A DNA stretch of 64,000 nucleotides, from the NCBI GenBank assembly GCA_965215505.1, contig OZ244065.1:5344001-5408000 (forward strand). The letters run 5' to 3'. Made by a program: the position numbers and the translations under genes. The stretch is from Capsulimonadaceae bacterium. Its GTDB lineage: Bacteria; Armatimonadota; Armatimonadia; Armatimonadales; Capsulimonadaceae. A model generated the notes under the pieces. The model made no database searches and was not told where the DNA came from. It saw only the letters and a list, made by a program, of their open reading frames with translations. Each line of letters starts with the position of its first letter. Positions within the stretch are counted from its first letter, which is position 1. Shown one piece after another: positions 1 to 9,053 of this stretch.

Positions 1-41
1 CCTGCTCTGAAACCCGGACTAAAAGAATCTTACGAAACCGC

Positions 42-70
42 TTGACAGAACCCTAGCCCAGTGTTATAAT
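42..70 (+). promoter_or_regulatory. Consensus sigma70 promoter with extended -10
   Basis: TTGACA (42-47), 17-nt spacer, TGnTATAAT (TATAAT at 65-70). Confidence 0.85.
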
Positions 71-76
71 TGGAGC

Positions 77-181
77 AACCCCGGACAATCTCCGGCTGCA
101 CATGGGACTCTCCGTAAAGAGCAAGCCCCGTGCAAAGAAAAGCCGTCCCGCGTCACCCCAAAGTGACAGGCACGGCTTTTT
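77..181 (+). ncRNA. Candidate small RNA of about 105 nt ending in an intrinsic terminator
   Basis: Starts just after the consensus promoter; hairpins at 81-95 and 97-134, then terminator 138-181; no credible ORF. Confidence 0.5.
138..181. terminator. Probably bidirectional intrinsic terminator
   Basis: AAAAGCCGT...GTCAC-cccaaa-GTGAC...ACGGCTTTTT with an A-tract and a T-tract; lies just past the pilB stop. Confidence 0.7.
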
Positions 182-216
182 CCATGCCCGCAGGCAACCA
201 GAGGACCCTCTACAAG

Positions 217-1986
217 TTACTCCCCCACCGACACCCCGATCTTGCGCTGGATGTCGTCCAGCACCGTCACCCCCTGACGCACCTTCTCCAGCCCGTCCCC
301 GATCATCGGGATCATCCCGTTCTCGATGGCCGCCTCCCGGATGACGTGCGTCTCCGCCGACTCCATCGTCAGACGGTTGATGCGCGTGTTGGAAACCAGG
401 ACCTCATGCACGGCGACCCGCCCGCGCGTCCCATGCCCGTCGCACTTCTGGCAGCCCGGACCCTCGAACAGCACCATCCCCGGCACGTTCCCGCCGCCCA
501 GGGCGCGGAACATCGCGAGCTGGTCGTTGTCCGGGAAGAACTCCCGCTTGCAGGACGGGCACAGACGCCGGACCAGACGCTGGGCCACCACGCCCGCCAC
601 CGTCGAGGCGATCAGGAACGGCGGGACCCCCATGTCCAGCAGGCGGCTGACCGCGCCCGCCGCCTCGTTGCAGTGGAGCGTGGACAGGACGAGGTGCCCG
701 GTCAGGGCCGCCCGGAAGGCGATCTCCGCCGTTTCCGCATCTCGGATCTCGCCGACCAAAACCACGTCCGGGTCTTGCCGTAGGATGGCCCGGAGCTGCC
801 GGGCGAAGGTCAGGCCCGCCCGCTCGTTGACGTTGGACTGGCTGATGCCCTCCAGCTCGTACTCTACGGGGTCCTCGCACGTCATGATGTTCGTGGAGGG
901 CGACCGCAGGGCGTTCAGGGCCGCATACAGCGTGGTCGTCTTGCCCGACCCGGTGGGACCCGTTACCAGGATGATCCCGTGCGGCTTGCGAATCAGCGAG
1001 TTGAAGGAGAGCAGGTTGTGCGGCGAGAAGCCCAACTCGTCCAGGCTCATGCTGGCCGTGCTGCGGTCCAGAATCCGCATGACCACGCGCTCGCCGTACT
1101 GCGTCGGCAGGGTCGAGACGCGTAGGTCGATGTTCTTGCCCTCCACCCGCAGCGCGATCCGCCCGTCGAGAGGGAGGCGGCGCTCGGCGATGTCCATCTC
1201 GCCCAATATCTTGATGCGCGAGACGGTCGCCGCGTGCAGGTTGCGCGGCACGGTCTTGATGGTCTGGAGCTGCCCGTCGATCCGGTAACGGATCAGGAAG
1301 TCCTTCTTGCGCGGCTCGATGTGGATGTCCGAGGTCCGCCGCCGGACGGCCTCCGAGAAAAGTGTGTTGACGAATCGGATGACAGGTGCCTGCTCGCCCT
1401 GACGCACCGTGTCGCCCAGATCCAGCTCGTCCTCGTCCGGCACCAGCAGGTCCAGCGAGTCCAGGCTCGCCAGCTCGATGGTCTCCGACATCGCCTCCGA
1501 GTGGGCGTCGTTCTGGGAGGACTGATAGGCTTTCTCCAGGGCCGATTGCAGGCTGCTCTCGCTCGCCAGCAGCGGCTCGACCCGGCGGCGCGTCTCGCGC
1601 TGCACATGGTCTATGGCCTCGACGTCCCACGGGTCCACCATCGCCAGGCTGATCTGGGGACGGCCGTTCAACGGGGCATCTTCGACGGACAGGGGGAGGA
1701 GCAGGTAGCGCTGGGCGATCTCGACGGGGATGAGGGCGACGGCGAAAGGGTCGGGCGCCTCGATCGTCAGGTCCACATAGCCCACCTCCATTTGGACGGC
1801 ACGTGCCTCCGTCACCTGCTCCTCGGTGGCCCAGCCGTTGGACACCAGGACGGAGCCGAGCCGCTGGCCCGTGGACGACTGTACCTCCAGGGCGTGCCGG
1901 ATCTGTTCCGCCGTGATGATCCCGTGTTCGACAAGGATGTCGCCCAGGCGGGGTGTCGCGGTGCGCGTTGCGTTCAGTGTCTGCAT
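217..1986 (-). CDS. pilB: PilB/GspE family assembly ATPase with N-terminal MshEN domain
   Basis: Walker A GPTGSGKTT, RQDPDVVLVGEIRD, TGHLVLSTLH, two CxxC; tandem RLG motifs at the N-terminus; start set at MQTLN. Confidence 0.9.
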   Translation of the reverse strand: MQTLNATRTATPRLGDILVEHGIITAEQIRHALEVQSSTGQRLGSVLVSNGWATEEQVTEARAVQMEVGYVDLTIEAPDPFAVALIPVEIAQRYLLLPLSVEDAPLNGRPQISLAMVDPWDVEAIDHVQRETRRRVEPLLASESSLQSALEKAYQSSQNDAHSEAMSETIELASLDSLDLLVPDEDELDLGDTVRQGEQAPVIRFVNTLFSEAVRRRTSDIHIEPRKKDFLIRYRIDGQLQTIKTVPRNLHAATVSRIKILGEMDIAERRLPLDGRIALRVEGKNIDLRVSTLPTQYGERVVMRILDRSTASMSLDELGFSPHNLLSFNSLIRKPHGIILVTGPTGSGKTTTLYAALNALRSPSTNIMTCEDPVEYELEGISQSNVNERAGLTFARQLRAILRQDPDVVLVGEIRDAETAEIAFRAALTGHLVLSTLHCNEAAGAVSRLLDMGVPPFLIASTVAGVVAQRLVRRLCPSCKREFFPDNDQLAMFRALGGGNVPGMVLFEGPGCQKCDGHGTRGRVAVHEVLVSNTRINRLTMESAETHVIREAAIENGMIPMIGDGLEKVRQGVTVLDDIQRKIGVSVGE

Positions 1987-2038
1987 GGATCGTGACTGCT
2001 CTTCCCTGCCGCCGTCTTCGTTGTTCTGTCTTCGGCTT

Positions 2039-2935
2039 CTACATGTGGGCCGCCGTGACGCTGGGCGAAACCCGACCATTGGCGGTGACGGTGATCGTCC
2101 CCTGAGTGTCTGTCTGCCAGACCGCCGCCCCCGCTGCCTGCAAGCGGTGCAGAGTCGCCAGCGCGGGCGGGCTGCCCGGCCCACACGAGATCACCGCGAC
2201 GGCCGGGGTCGCCCGCCGCAGCATCTCGGAGGAGGGGGAGCCTTCGGCGCGGGCGGCGGTCTGAAGGATCATGTCCGTGCAGGCCCCCGTGCATTCGATC
2301 TGCGGCCCCGCCTGGCTGACCAGGTCCCGCTCGGCCTCCGCCGTCGCGGACGCCTCGAACAGGAAAGCCGTGCCGCCGTAGTTGATGCGGCAGACGAGCG
2401 GGTCACGCCGCGAGGCAGGCCCCGTGTCGGGCGGCCAGATGGCCGACACGAACAGCATCTGCCCGACCTGGATCGTGTCGCCCCCATTGGCGGTGCTGGA
2501 CGGGATGTGCGGGATGTGACGCCGGATCGCCTCCAGGGCGTCCCGCCGGGCCGCCCCGGTGTCGGCGACGGGGTTATCCCAGACCTGCGAGACGCCGACC
2601 CCACTCTCCAGCAGGGCGGGGACGCCGCCGATGCTGCCCTCATCCGGCGAGGTCAGGATCAGCAGGTCAATCGTCTTCACGTTCTGCCGCCGCAGGGCGT
2701 CCGCGAGGGCGGGCGCGGCCTGGGCACCCCCCGCGTCCAGCAGGATCGTCCGGCCCTCCGGCGAGCGGACCAGGGTGCAGTCGCCGTCGCCCACGTCCAG
2801 GAACGTCACCGAGAGGCGCGGCAGGGCGCGGCGCGGGTGACCTCGCCGCCAGGCCGTGCCGAGCAGCGTCCCGATCAGGGTCAGCGCGATCAGCAGCAGG
2901 GCCGCGCTGCCGCGCCACAGGGCGGTCGGCTTCAT
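2039..2935 (-). CDS. Stand-alone ComEC/Rec2-type metallo-beta-lactamase-fold protein with N-terminal anchor; metal ligands degenerate
   Basis: VTFLDVGDGDC, LLDAGG, AVISCG, WQTDTQGTI are typical of the ComEC MBL domain. Confidence 0.8.
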   Translation of the reverse strand: MKPTALWRGSAALLLIALTLIGTLLGTAWRRGHPRRALPRLSVTFLDVGDGDCTLVRSPEGRTILLDAGGAQAAPALADALRRQNVKTIDLLILTSPDEGSIGGVPALLESGVGVSQVWDNPVADTGAARRDALEAIRRHIPHIPSSTANGGDTIQVGQMLFVSAIWPPDTGPASRRDPLVCRINYGGTAFLFEASATAEAERDLVSQAGPQIECTGACTDMILQTAARAEGSPSSEMLRRATPAVAVISCGPGSPPALATLHRLQAAGAAVWQTDTQGTITVTANGRVSPSVTAAHM

Positions 2936-2996
2936 CGGCCCGCCCTCCCCCGCCGCCCCAGTGTCCCGGCTCCTGACTTCTGAGTTCTTGACTCTA

Positions 2997-3023
2997 GTAT
3001 CGGCATTTCCTCGGTGTTTTGCA
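2997..3023 (-). promoter_or_regulatory. sigma28-like promoter for the ComEC-like/pilB unit (weak -35)
   Basis: GCCGATAC on the minus strand at 2997-3004; shares CCGATACTAGA with the major-pilin promoter. Confidence 0.45.
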
Positions 3024-3127
3024 GGGGCGCGCGCAAGCGCCTCTGCCTCCCGCGCCTATTATAGCATAGCCGCCTTCCGCAGCGCTTTCGGACTTGTGAT
3101 TTTTTTCACGAACAAAGGCCGCACGCG

Positions 3128-3156
3128 TTGATTCGCCCCGACACATACGGTATAAT
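3128..3156 (+). promoter_or_regulatory. sigma70 promoter of the ccm operon, probably leaderless
   Basis: TTGATT-17-TATAAT; ATG lies 7 nt after the -10 with no SD. Confidence 0.6.
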
Positions 3157-3163
3157 AGCCGCA

Positions 3164-3763
3164 ATGAGCGTACTCGATGGCGGACCGCTGGAGCTGCGAG
3201 GAGTCACGATGGCCTACGGGCGGCGCACCCTGTTCTCCGCCGTAGACGCAGACGTGCCGCCGGGCCGGTGTCTGGTCGTCACCGGGGCGAACGGCGCGGG
3301 CAAGAGTACGCTGCTGAAGGTCATCGCGGGCCTGCTGCGGCCCGAAGCAGGCACCGTGACTTTCGGCGGGACGCGCGGCTATGCCGCCCCCGACGTTCAG
3401 CTCTACGGCGAGCTGACCGGCCTGGAAAACTTGGCCTTCTTCGCCCGCCTGCGCGGTGTTCCGGACGGGCCGAATGAATCGCTTCTGGCGGAGGTCGGGC
3501 TGGCGCGCGGGCGGGGCCGCGACCTGGTTTCGGCCTACTCTTCGGGGATGCGCCAGCGGCTGAAGCTCGCCGTCTCGCGCGTCGGCGGCCCGCCGCTCCT
3601 GCTCTGGGACGAACCGACCGCCACCCTGGATGGCGCGGGGAAGGCCCGGGCCGACGACATCCTGGCCCGCCACCGCGCCGGCGGCGGCCTGGCCGTGGTC
3701 GCCACCAACGACCCCGCTGAGGCCGAGCGGTGGGGCGATCTGCGGCTGACGATTGGGGCGTGA
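3164..3763 (+). CDS. ccmA: Heme exporter ABC ATPase CcmA
   Basis: GANGAGKST, YSSGMRQR, LLLWDEP; heads the ccm cluster. Confidence 0.85.
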   Translation: MSVLDGGPLELRGVTMAYGRRTLFSAVDADVPPGRCLVVTGANGAGKSTLLKVIAGLLRPEAGTVTFGGTRGYAAPDVQLYGELTGLENLAFFARLRGVPDGPNESLLAEVGLARGRGRDLVSAYSSGMRQRLKLAVSRVGGPPLLLWDEPTATLDGAGKARADDILARHRAGGGLAVVATNDPAEAERWGDLRLTIGA

Positions 3764-4454
3764 GTCTCGTATCACTGAACACTGGATAACCTGCGCCTGG
3801 ACCGTCTTCCGCAAGGACCTCCAGGTCGAGCTGCGGACGCGCTACGCCGTGGGGGCCGTCCTGCTGTTCGCGGTCACGACCCTGATCGCCGTCTCCGCCG
3901 CCCTCAGTGCGACACTGGTTCACTCCGAAGTCAAGGCCGCCCTGCTCTGGATCGTGCTGCTCTTCGCCGCCCTGTCGGGTCTGGCCCGCGTCTTCGTGCG
4001 CGAGGAGGAGGCCGGGACCGCGCCGCTCCTGCGGCTCTCCGCCCCGGCGACCGCCGTTTACGCCGGCAAGTGGCTGTTCAACATCGCGCTCGTTTTCGCC
4101 GTAGAGGTAGTCAGCGTCCCGCTTTTTTTGATCGTCCTGCCGCTTGCCACTGTGAACTATGGCCTGCTCTTCGGTGTTCTAGTCTTGGGCGGCGTCGGCC
4201 TGGCCGGTGCCTCGACTTTCGTGGCCGCCCTGATCGCGCAGACATCATCCGGCAAGAGCGCCTTGTTTTTCATCGTGGCCTTCCCAGTCCTACTGCCCCT
4301 GCTTTTGATTGCCGTGCAGGGGACCGTCGGCGCGTTCAGCCCGCTCGCCGTTTATCAGGCCCGCGCCCACTCCGATTTAGGACTGCTTACCACCTACGGT
4401 GTGGTGATGACGACGGCCTCATTTCTGCTCTTCGGGTACATCTGGCATGACTAG
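3753..4454 (+). CDS. ccmB: Heme exporter permease CcmB
   Basis: Multi-TM protein; FRKDLQVELRT, FVREEEAGT, FPVLLPLL. Confidence 0.85.
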   Translation: MGRESRITEHWITCAWTVFRKDLQVELRTRYAVGAVLLFAVTTLIAVSAALSATLVHSEVKAALLWIVLLFAALSGLARVFVREEEAGTAPLLRLSAPATAVYAGKWLFNIALVFAVEVVSVPLFLIVLPLATVNYGLLFGVLVLGGVGLAGASTFVAALIAQTSSGKSALFFIVAFPVLLPLLLIAVQGTVGAFSPLAVYQARAHSDLGLLTTYGVVMTTASFLLFGYIWHD

Positions 4455-5166
4455 CACTGTTCAACAATTGGGCAAAATCGGTATTCTGTTCCTCGTTTGC
4501 GTCGCAACAGTCGCGGGTTTTCTGTGGCTGCTGCCCGCAGAGGGGTTCCCCAACCCGGCCCTGGCCCGTATCGTCGTCTTCCATGTTCCCTGCTCGATCG
4601 TCGGTTCCCTGGTGACGGCCGCTGGTGTCTGGTTTGCCGTCCGCTATCTGCGGACGCGCCGCTTGGCTGACGATGCAAGGTCCTCCGTCGCGTTTGCTCT
4701 TGCGACGCTGCTCTGGTCGCTGACGACCGTGACGGGAGCGCTGTTCGCCAAGGCGGAGTGGGGGACATACTGGAATTGGGACCCGAAGCAGACTTGTATC
4801 CTGATGCTGCTGATGATCTATGTGGCCTACTTCGTCCTGCGTGCCGCTCTGGATGATGTCCGCAAGAGGGCTGCGGTCAGCGCAGCCTACACGCTGTTTG
4901 CCCTGGCCGCTGTCCCCCTGCTGACTCTGGTATGGCCCAACTCGGTCCCCGACACGCAGACGCTGCACCCACGCAATGTTTCCTTCAGCCTGGAGTACCG
5001 GCTTGTCCTGTGGGCGTTCACGCTCGGCCTGACTTTGATCTGCCTTTGGGCCTTTCGCCTGCACGTCGCGCTGGAGCTTATGCGACTGCGGTTGGACTCA
5101 CGCGCACGCGGCATTTCGCGAAGACGAACTCCGACCGCGCCCGTCGTCGTGAAGGCGCGGCCCTAA
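4447..5166 (+). CDS. ccmC: Heme exporter CcmC
   Basis: FHVP and WWD motif WGTYWNWDPK; C-terminal LHP. Confidence 0.9.
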   Translation: MTSTVQQLGKIGILFLVCVATVAGFLWLLPAEGFPNPALARIVVFHVPCSIVGSLVTAAGVWFAVRYLRTRRLADDARSSVAFALATLLWSLTTVTGALFAKAEWGTYWNWDPKQTCILMLLMIYVAYFVLRAALDDVRKRAAVSAAYTLFALAAVPLLTLVWPNSVPDTQTLHPRNVSFSLEYRLVLWAFTLGLTLICLWAFRLHVALELMRLRLDSRARGISRRRTPTAPVVVKARP

Positions 5167-5167
5167 G

Positions 5168-5311
5168 ATGCAGAGCCTCGTGCCGCTCATGCTGGTTCCC
5201 CTGCTGATCTTTGTCGGCTTCTGGGCGTACCTGTGGAACCTGGACGGCAAGGTCCGCCGTCTCAAAGACGAGATGAGCCGCCTGGACGGCCCGGACGGCG
5301 AAGAAGAGTAA
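5168..5311 (+). CDS. ccmD: CcmD-like small membrane protein (47 aa, not in the ORF track)
   Basis: MQSLVPLMLVPLLIFVGFWAYLWNLDGKVRRLKDEMSRLDGPDGEEE; one TM plus charged tail, between ccmC and ccmE. Confidence 0.75.
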   Translation: MQSLVPLMLVPLLIFVGFWAYLWNLDGKVRRLKDEMSRLDGPDGEEE

Positions 5312-5314
5312 ACC

Positions 5315-5722
5315 ATGAAGAACAAAGGGGCCGTCATCGGCCTGGTCATCATCGTCGCCGCGCTGGCTTTCAGCGGACTGGCCTTTAAGAACAACCTCGT
5401 TAATGCTGTCCCGTTCGCCGATGCCGTCAAGGCGACCGACTCGGACGTGCAGATCATGGGTGCCCCCGTCAAAGGCACGATGAGCTATCATGACACCGCC
5501 CACGCCCTGCGCTTCGACCTGAAAGACACCTCGGGCGCGGTCATGCACGTCGTCTACCAGGGGCCGAAGCCGGAGGACCTGGACTCGGCAATGAGCAAGG
5601 CCGTCGCCATCAACGCCCAGGGGACTTATGACGCCAAGCAGCACGCCTTCGTCGCCGACAACCTGCTGGTGAAGTGCCCCTCCAAGTATCAGGGGACGAC
5701 CGACCGCAGCTACGGGAAGTAG
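5315..5722 (+). CDS. ccmE: Heme chaperone CcmE, CxxxY variant
   Basis: N-terminal TM; C-terminal KCPSKY. Confidence 0.9.
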   Translation: MKNKGAVIGLVIIVAALAFSGLAFKNNLVNAVPFADAVKATDSDVQIMGAPVKGTMSYHDTAHALRFDLKDTSGAVMHVVYQGPKPEDLDSAMSKAVAINAQGTYDAKQHAFVADNLLVKCPSKYQGTTDRSYGK

Positions 5723-5733
5723 TGGAAACCACC

Positions 5734-8313
5734 ATGTCGAACTTCGGACTGCCGACATTCGGGACGCTCGCCGTCTGGACCGCCCTCGCCGCGCTCGTCG
5801 CCTCCATGACCTGCTACCTCGTCGCCTCCGCCCGGCGCGGGGCCTCGGACGGCGGCACGGGCTGGGCGCGAGGCGGACGGGCCGCCTTCCTGCTGGCCGT
5901 GGCGGGCGTTCTGGGCGCGTGCGGCTCTCTGGGCACTCTCCTGGTCACCCACCGGTTCGACGTCCAGTACGTCTACGACCACTCGGCGCGGGCGATGTCG
6001 CCCCTCTACTACTTCCCCTCCTTCTGGGCCGGGCAGGAAGGCTCGTTCCTGCTCTGGGGTTTCTGGATCGCACTCCTGGGCGTCGTCCTGGCCTGCACCT
6101 CCGGGGCCGCCGAGCGGCGCGTCATGCCGGTCTATTCCTCCGTATTGCTGTTCCTGGTCGGCATGGTGACCATCCGATCGCCCTTCCTGCCTACCCTGGA
6201 CCAGTTCGGCATCCAGGTGACGCCGGCTGAGGGCCTGGGTCTGAACCCGAACCTCGAGAACTACTGGATGGTGATCCACCCGCCGACGCTCTTCCTGGGC
6301 TTCGCCGCGCTCACCGTGCCGTTCGCCTTCGCCCTCGCCGCCCTGTTCTGGCGCGGCGATCTGGCGGTCGCCAATGATGGCTGGCTGCGGCGTGCGTTGC
6401 CGTGGGGCCTGTTCAGCTTCGCCATCCTGGGGCTTGCCATGATGATGGGCGGGTACTGGGCCTACGAGATGCTGGGGTGGGGCGGCTTCTGGGAGTGGGA
6501 CCCCGTCGAGAACGGCCCATTCGTGCCCTGGATGGGCCTGCTGGCCTTCCTCCACGCCGCCCAGATCCAGCGTGTCCGTGGCGGTTTTTCCAAGCCCACC
6601 CTGCTGTTCGCGCTCCTGCCCCTTTCGGGCGCGATGTACGAAACCTTCCTGACCCGGACCGGCGTCCTGGACAAGTTCAGCGTCCACTCGTTCTCCACAT
6701 TAGGCGGGGCGGCCAACAACGTCCTGCTCGGCGCGCTGCTCCTCGCCGTCTTCGTCTCGGTCGGCACACTGCTCTGGCGGGCCAAGGCGATCCCGAAAGG
6801 CGAGACGACGACCGAGGATATCCAGTCACGCGAGTTCGGTTTCACCATGGCCGTCGTCGTCCTGACCCTCTGCGGCCTCATCGCCGCCCTGGGTCTGTCC
6901 GCGCCACTCCTGACCGGTCTGGGCGTCAAGCTGCACATCGCCGACTTCCAGGGCGCGGTGCGCGAGGACTACCACAACAAGGCGCTGTTCCCCATCGCCG
7001 TCCTGCTGGCCCTGGGCATGGGCATCGGGCCGCACCTTGCCTGGCGCGGACGTGGTGCCACGGACACCGTCCGGCTGGTCTGGAGCTACGCCCTGTCCGT
7101 TGTCGCCGCCCTGGTTTTCGTGGTGGCGAGCAAGTATCTGGGCACGCCGCTGACCGGCGCGAAGCTGATCCCGCAACTCCTGCTGTTCACGGCCTCCGTC
7201 TTCGCGGTCATTTCTAATCTGACCCTCCTGCGCCGCCTGTTCCCGTCCAAGGGCGGCGTCCGGGGCGTGTCCCCGTGGACCGTCGGCGGCGTCCTGTCCC
7301 ATGTCGGGGCCGCCGTCCTGCTGCTCGGCGTCGTCTGCCTGGTCACGTTCGTCAAGAAGGATTCCGAGATCCTGCTGGTTCAGAACCGGCCTGCCCCCGT
7401 GCTGAATGGGGCCTACACTGCCGTCTACCGGGGGATGACCGGCAACCCCGAGACGGATCGGGACAATGCCTTGCTCGTGGATGTCGCTTCCACCGACGGC
7501 CGGCAGCGCTTCAAGGCCCGGATGCCGTTCGCCCTGCGCTCGACGGAAAGCGGTGGTCAGAAGATGATCTTCGCCCACCCCGCCATCCTGCACCATGGGG
7601 CGAGTGACCTCTACCTGAATATGAGCAATAACACGAGCCTGGAGGAGTTCTACCGGAAGCCCGTGTACCAGCCCAAGCTGAAGTTTGGCGATGTCAAAAA
7701 GATCAACATCGGTGACGACGCTCTGCACCCGAAGGTCTACACCATCGAGTTCATGCACTTCGATAACCCACAGGGTGCCCTCGTCCGCAGCGGCCAGATG
7801 CCCTCCGTGCAGACCGTCTACGCCGTCCTGCGTGTGACCTATCAGGGCGTGACGACCATGGTGAAGCCGCAGTTCACCCATTATGCCGACGGCTCCACTC
7901 CGAAGTCACCCGAAGTCAGGCTGCCGGGCGGCGCGCTCATCAGCTTCGCGGGCATGAACGCCGGCAGCATGGACCAGGCTAACCCAGGCGCGGGTGAGAT
8001 GAACGCCTCGGCCTCGCTTGCCTTGCGCCAGGACAGCGGCCCGCCCGCGCAGGCCTTCTACCTGGAGGCGACGACGCGCCCCATGATCAACCTGGTCTGG
8101 ATCGGGACGCTGCTGCTTGTCTTCGGCGGCCTGATCTCGATGCGCCGCCGCATTCAGGAGAACCGGCTCATCCCGATCCCCGACCTGCCCGCCCCCGAAG
8201 CTAAGGCGGAGGCCGTCCGCGCCCCCGCCGCCCGGCGCACGAAGAACAGAGGCCGCGCGCCCTCTGCCAAGCCCGCGCCTTCTCTGTCCGTCGGCAAAAG
8301 CGGGAGACGCTAA
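5734..8313 (+). CDS. ccmF: Cytochrome c synthetase CcmF
   Basis: WAGQEGSFLLW, GLNPNLENYWMVIHPP, WGGFWEWDPVEN, SVHSF. Confidence 0.9.
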   Translation: MSNFGLPTFGTLAVWTALAALVASMTCYLVASARRGASDGGTGWARGGRAAFLLAVAGVLGACGSLGTLLVTHRFDVQYVYDHSARAMSPLYYFPSFWAGQEGSFLLWGFWIALLGVVLACTSGAAERRVMPVYSSVLLFLVGMVTIRSPFLPTLDQFGIQVTPAEGLGLNPNLENYWMVIHPPTLFLGFAALTVPFAFALAALFWRGDLAVANDGWLRRALPWGLFSFAILGLAMMMGGYWAYEMLGWGGFWEWDPVENGPFVPWMGLLAFLHAAQIQRVRGGFSKPTLLFALLPLSGAMYETFLTRTGVLDKFSVHSFSTLGGAANNVLLGALLLAVFVSVGTLLWRAKAIPKGETTTEDIQSREFGFTMAVVVLTLCGLIAALGLSAPLLTGLGVKLHIADFQGAVREDYHNKALFPIAVLLALGMGIGPHLAWRGRGATDTVRLVWSYALSVVAALVFVVASKYLGTPLTGAKLIPQLLLFTASVFAVISNLTLLRRLFPSKGGVRGVSPWTVGGVLSHVGAAVLLLGVVCLVTFVKKDSEILLVQNRPAPVLNGAYTAVYRGMTGNPETDRDNALLVDVASTDGRQRFKARMPFALRSTESGGQKMIFAHPAILHHGASDLYLNMSNNTSLEEFYRKPVYQPKLKFGDVKKINIGDDALHPKVYTIEFMHFDNPQGALVRSGQMPSVQTVYAVLRVTYQGVTTMVKPQFTHYADGSTPKSPEVRLPGGALISFAGMNAGSMDQANPGAGEMNASASLALRQDSGPPAQAFYLEATTRPMINLVWIGTLLLVFGGLISMRRRIQENRLIPIPDLPAPEAKAEAVRAPAARRTKNRGRAPSAKPAPSLSVGKSGRR

Positions 8314-8319
8314 CCGTCC

Positions 8320-8667
8320 ATGCGACTCCGCCAGCTACTCAAAAGCAAGATACACCGCGCCACCGTGACTGAGGCCGATGTCAACTACGTCGGCTCCATC
8401 ACGGTCGACCAGGACCTTCTGGAGCGCGTGGACCTGTGGCCTGGTGAGCTGGTCCACGTCTGGAACGTCACCAACGGCGAGCGGTTTGAAACCTATGCGC
8501 TGGCCGGGGAACCAGGCGGCGGCATGGTCCGCATCAACGGCGCGGGCGCGCACAAGGCCCATCCCGGCGACATCCTCATCATCGCCGCCTTCGCGCTCAC
8601 CGACGAAACCGTCACGCCCAAAGTCATCCTGGTGGACGAACGCAACCACTATTTACGAGACCTTTAG
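8320..8667 (+). CDS. panD: Aspartate 1-decarboxylase
   Basis: KSKIHRATVT, YVG/SITVD self-cleavage site, NGERFETY. Confidence 0.95.
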   Translation: MRLRQLLKSKIHRATVTEADVNYVGSITVDQDLLERVDLWPGELVHVWNVTNGERFETYALAGEPGGGMVRINGAGAHKAHPGDILIIAAFALTDETVTPKVILVDERNHYLRDL

Positions 8668-8676
8668 AAGCCTATT

Positions 8677-9045
8677 ATGTTTGAAGTCCGCGTTGAGAAG
8701 ACCATCGCCTGTGCCCACCGCCTGTTCGACTACAACGGCCCCTGCGAGAGCCTGCACGGCCACAACTATCGCATCGAGGTCGCCTATGCTGGCACCGAGT
8801 TGGACCGCTTCGGGATGCTGGTGGACTTCACCGACATCAAAAAGGCTTTTAATGCCGTCCTTGACACGCTCGACCATACCTACCTCAACGAACTCCCCGT
8901 CTTCCGCGACCTATCGCCCTCGGCGGAGAACATCGCGCGGCACATCTTCCAGGAGCTGAAGCGCACTCCCTTCGACCGCGCCACCCTCGACCGCGTTTCC
9001 GTCTGGGAGACGCCGACGCAGGTGGCGGTTTATCGGGAAAGGTGA
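8677..9045 (+). CDS. queD: 6-carboxytetrahydropterin synthase
   Basis: AHRL, CESLHGHNY, DHTYLN, PSAENIA, VWET. Confidence 0.9.
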   Translation: MFEVRVEKTIACAHRLFDYNGPCESLHGHNYRIEVAYAGTELDRFGMLVDFTDIKKAFNAVLDTLDHTYLNELPVFRDLSPSAENIARHIFQELKRTPFDRATLDRVSVWETPTQVAVYRER

Positions 9046-9053
9046 TTTTTCTG

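Noticed and set aside
102-344. 80-aa ORF behind the consensus promoter
   Set aside because: Low-complexity Pro/Arg/Ser sequence, runs through the terminator and antisense into pilB
2970-2995. Short heptamer-like repeats CTGACTT/CTGAGTT
   Set aside because: Only about three degenerate units; no function can be supported
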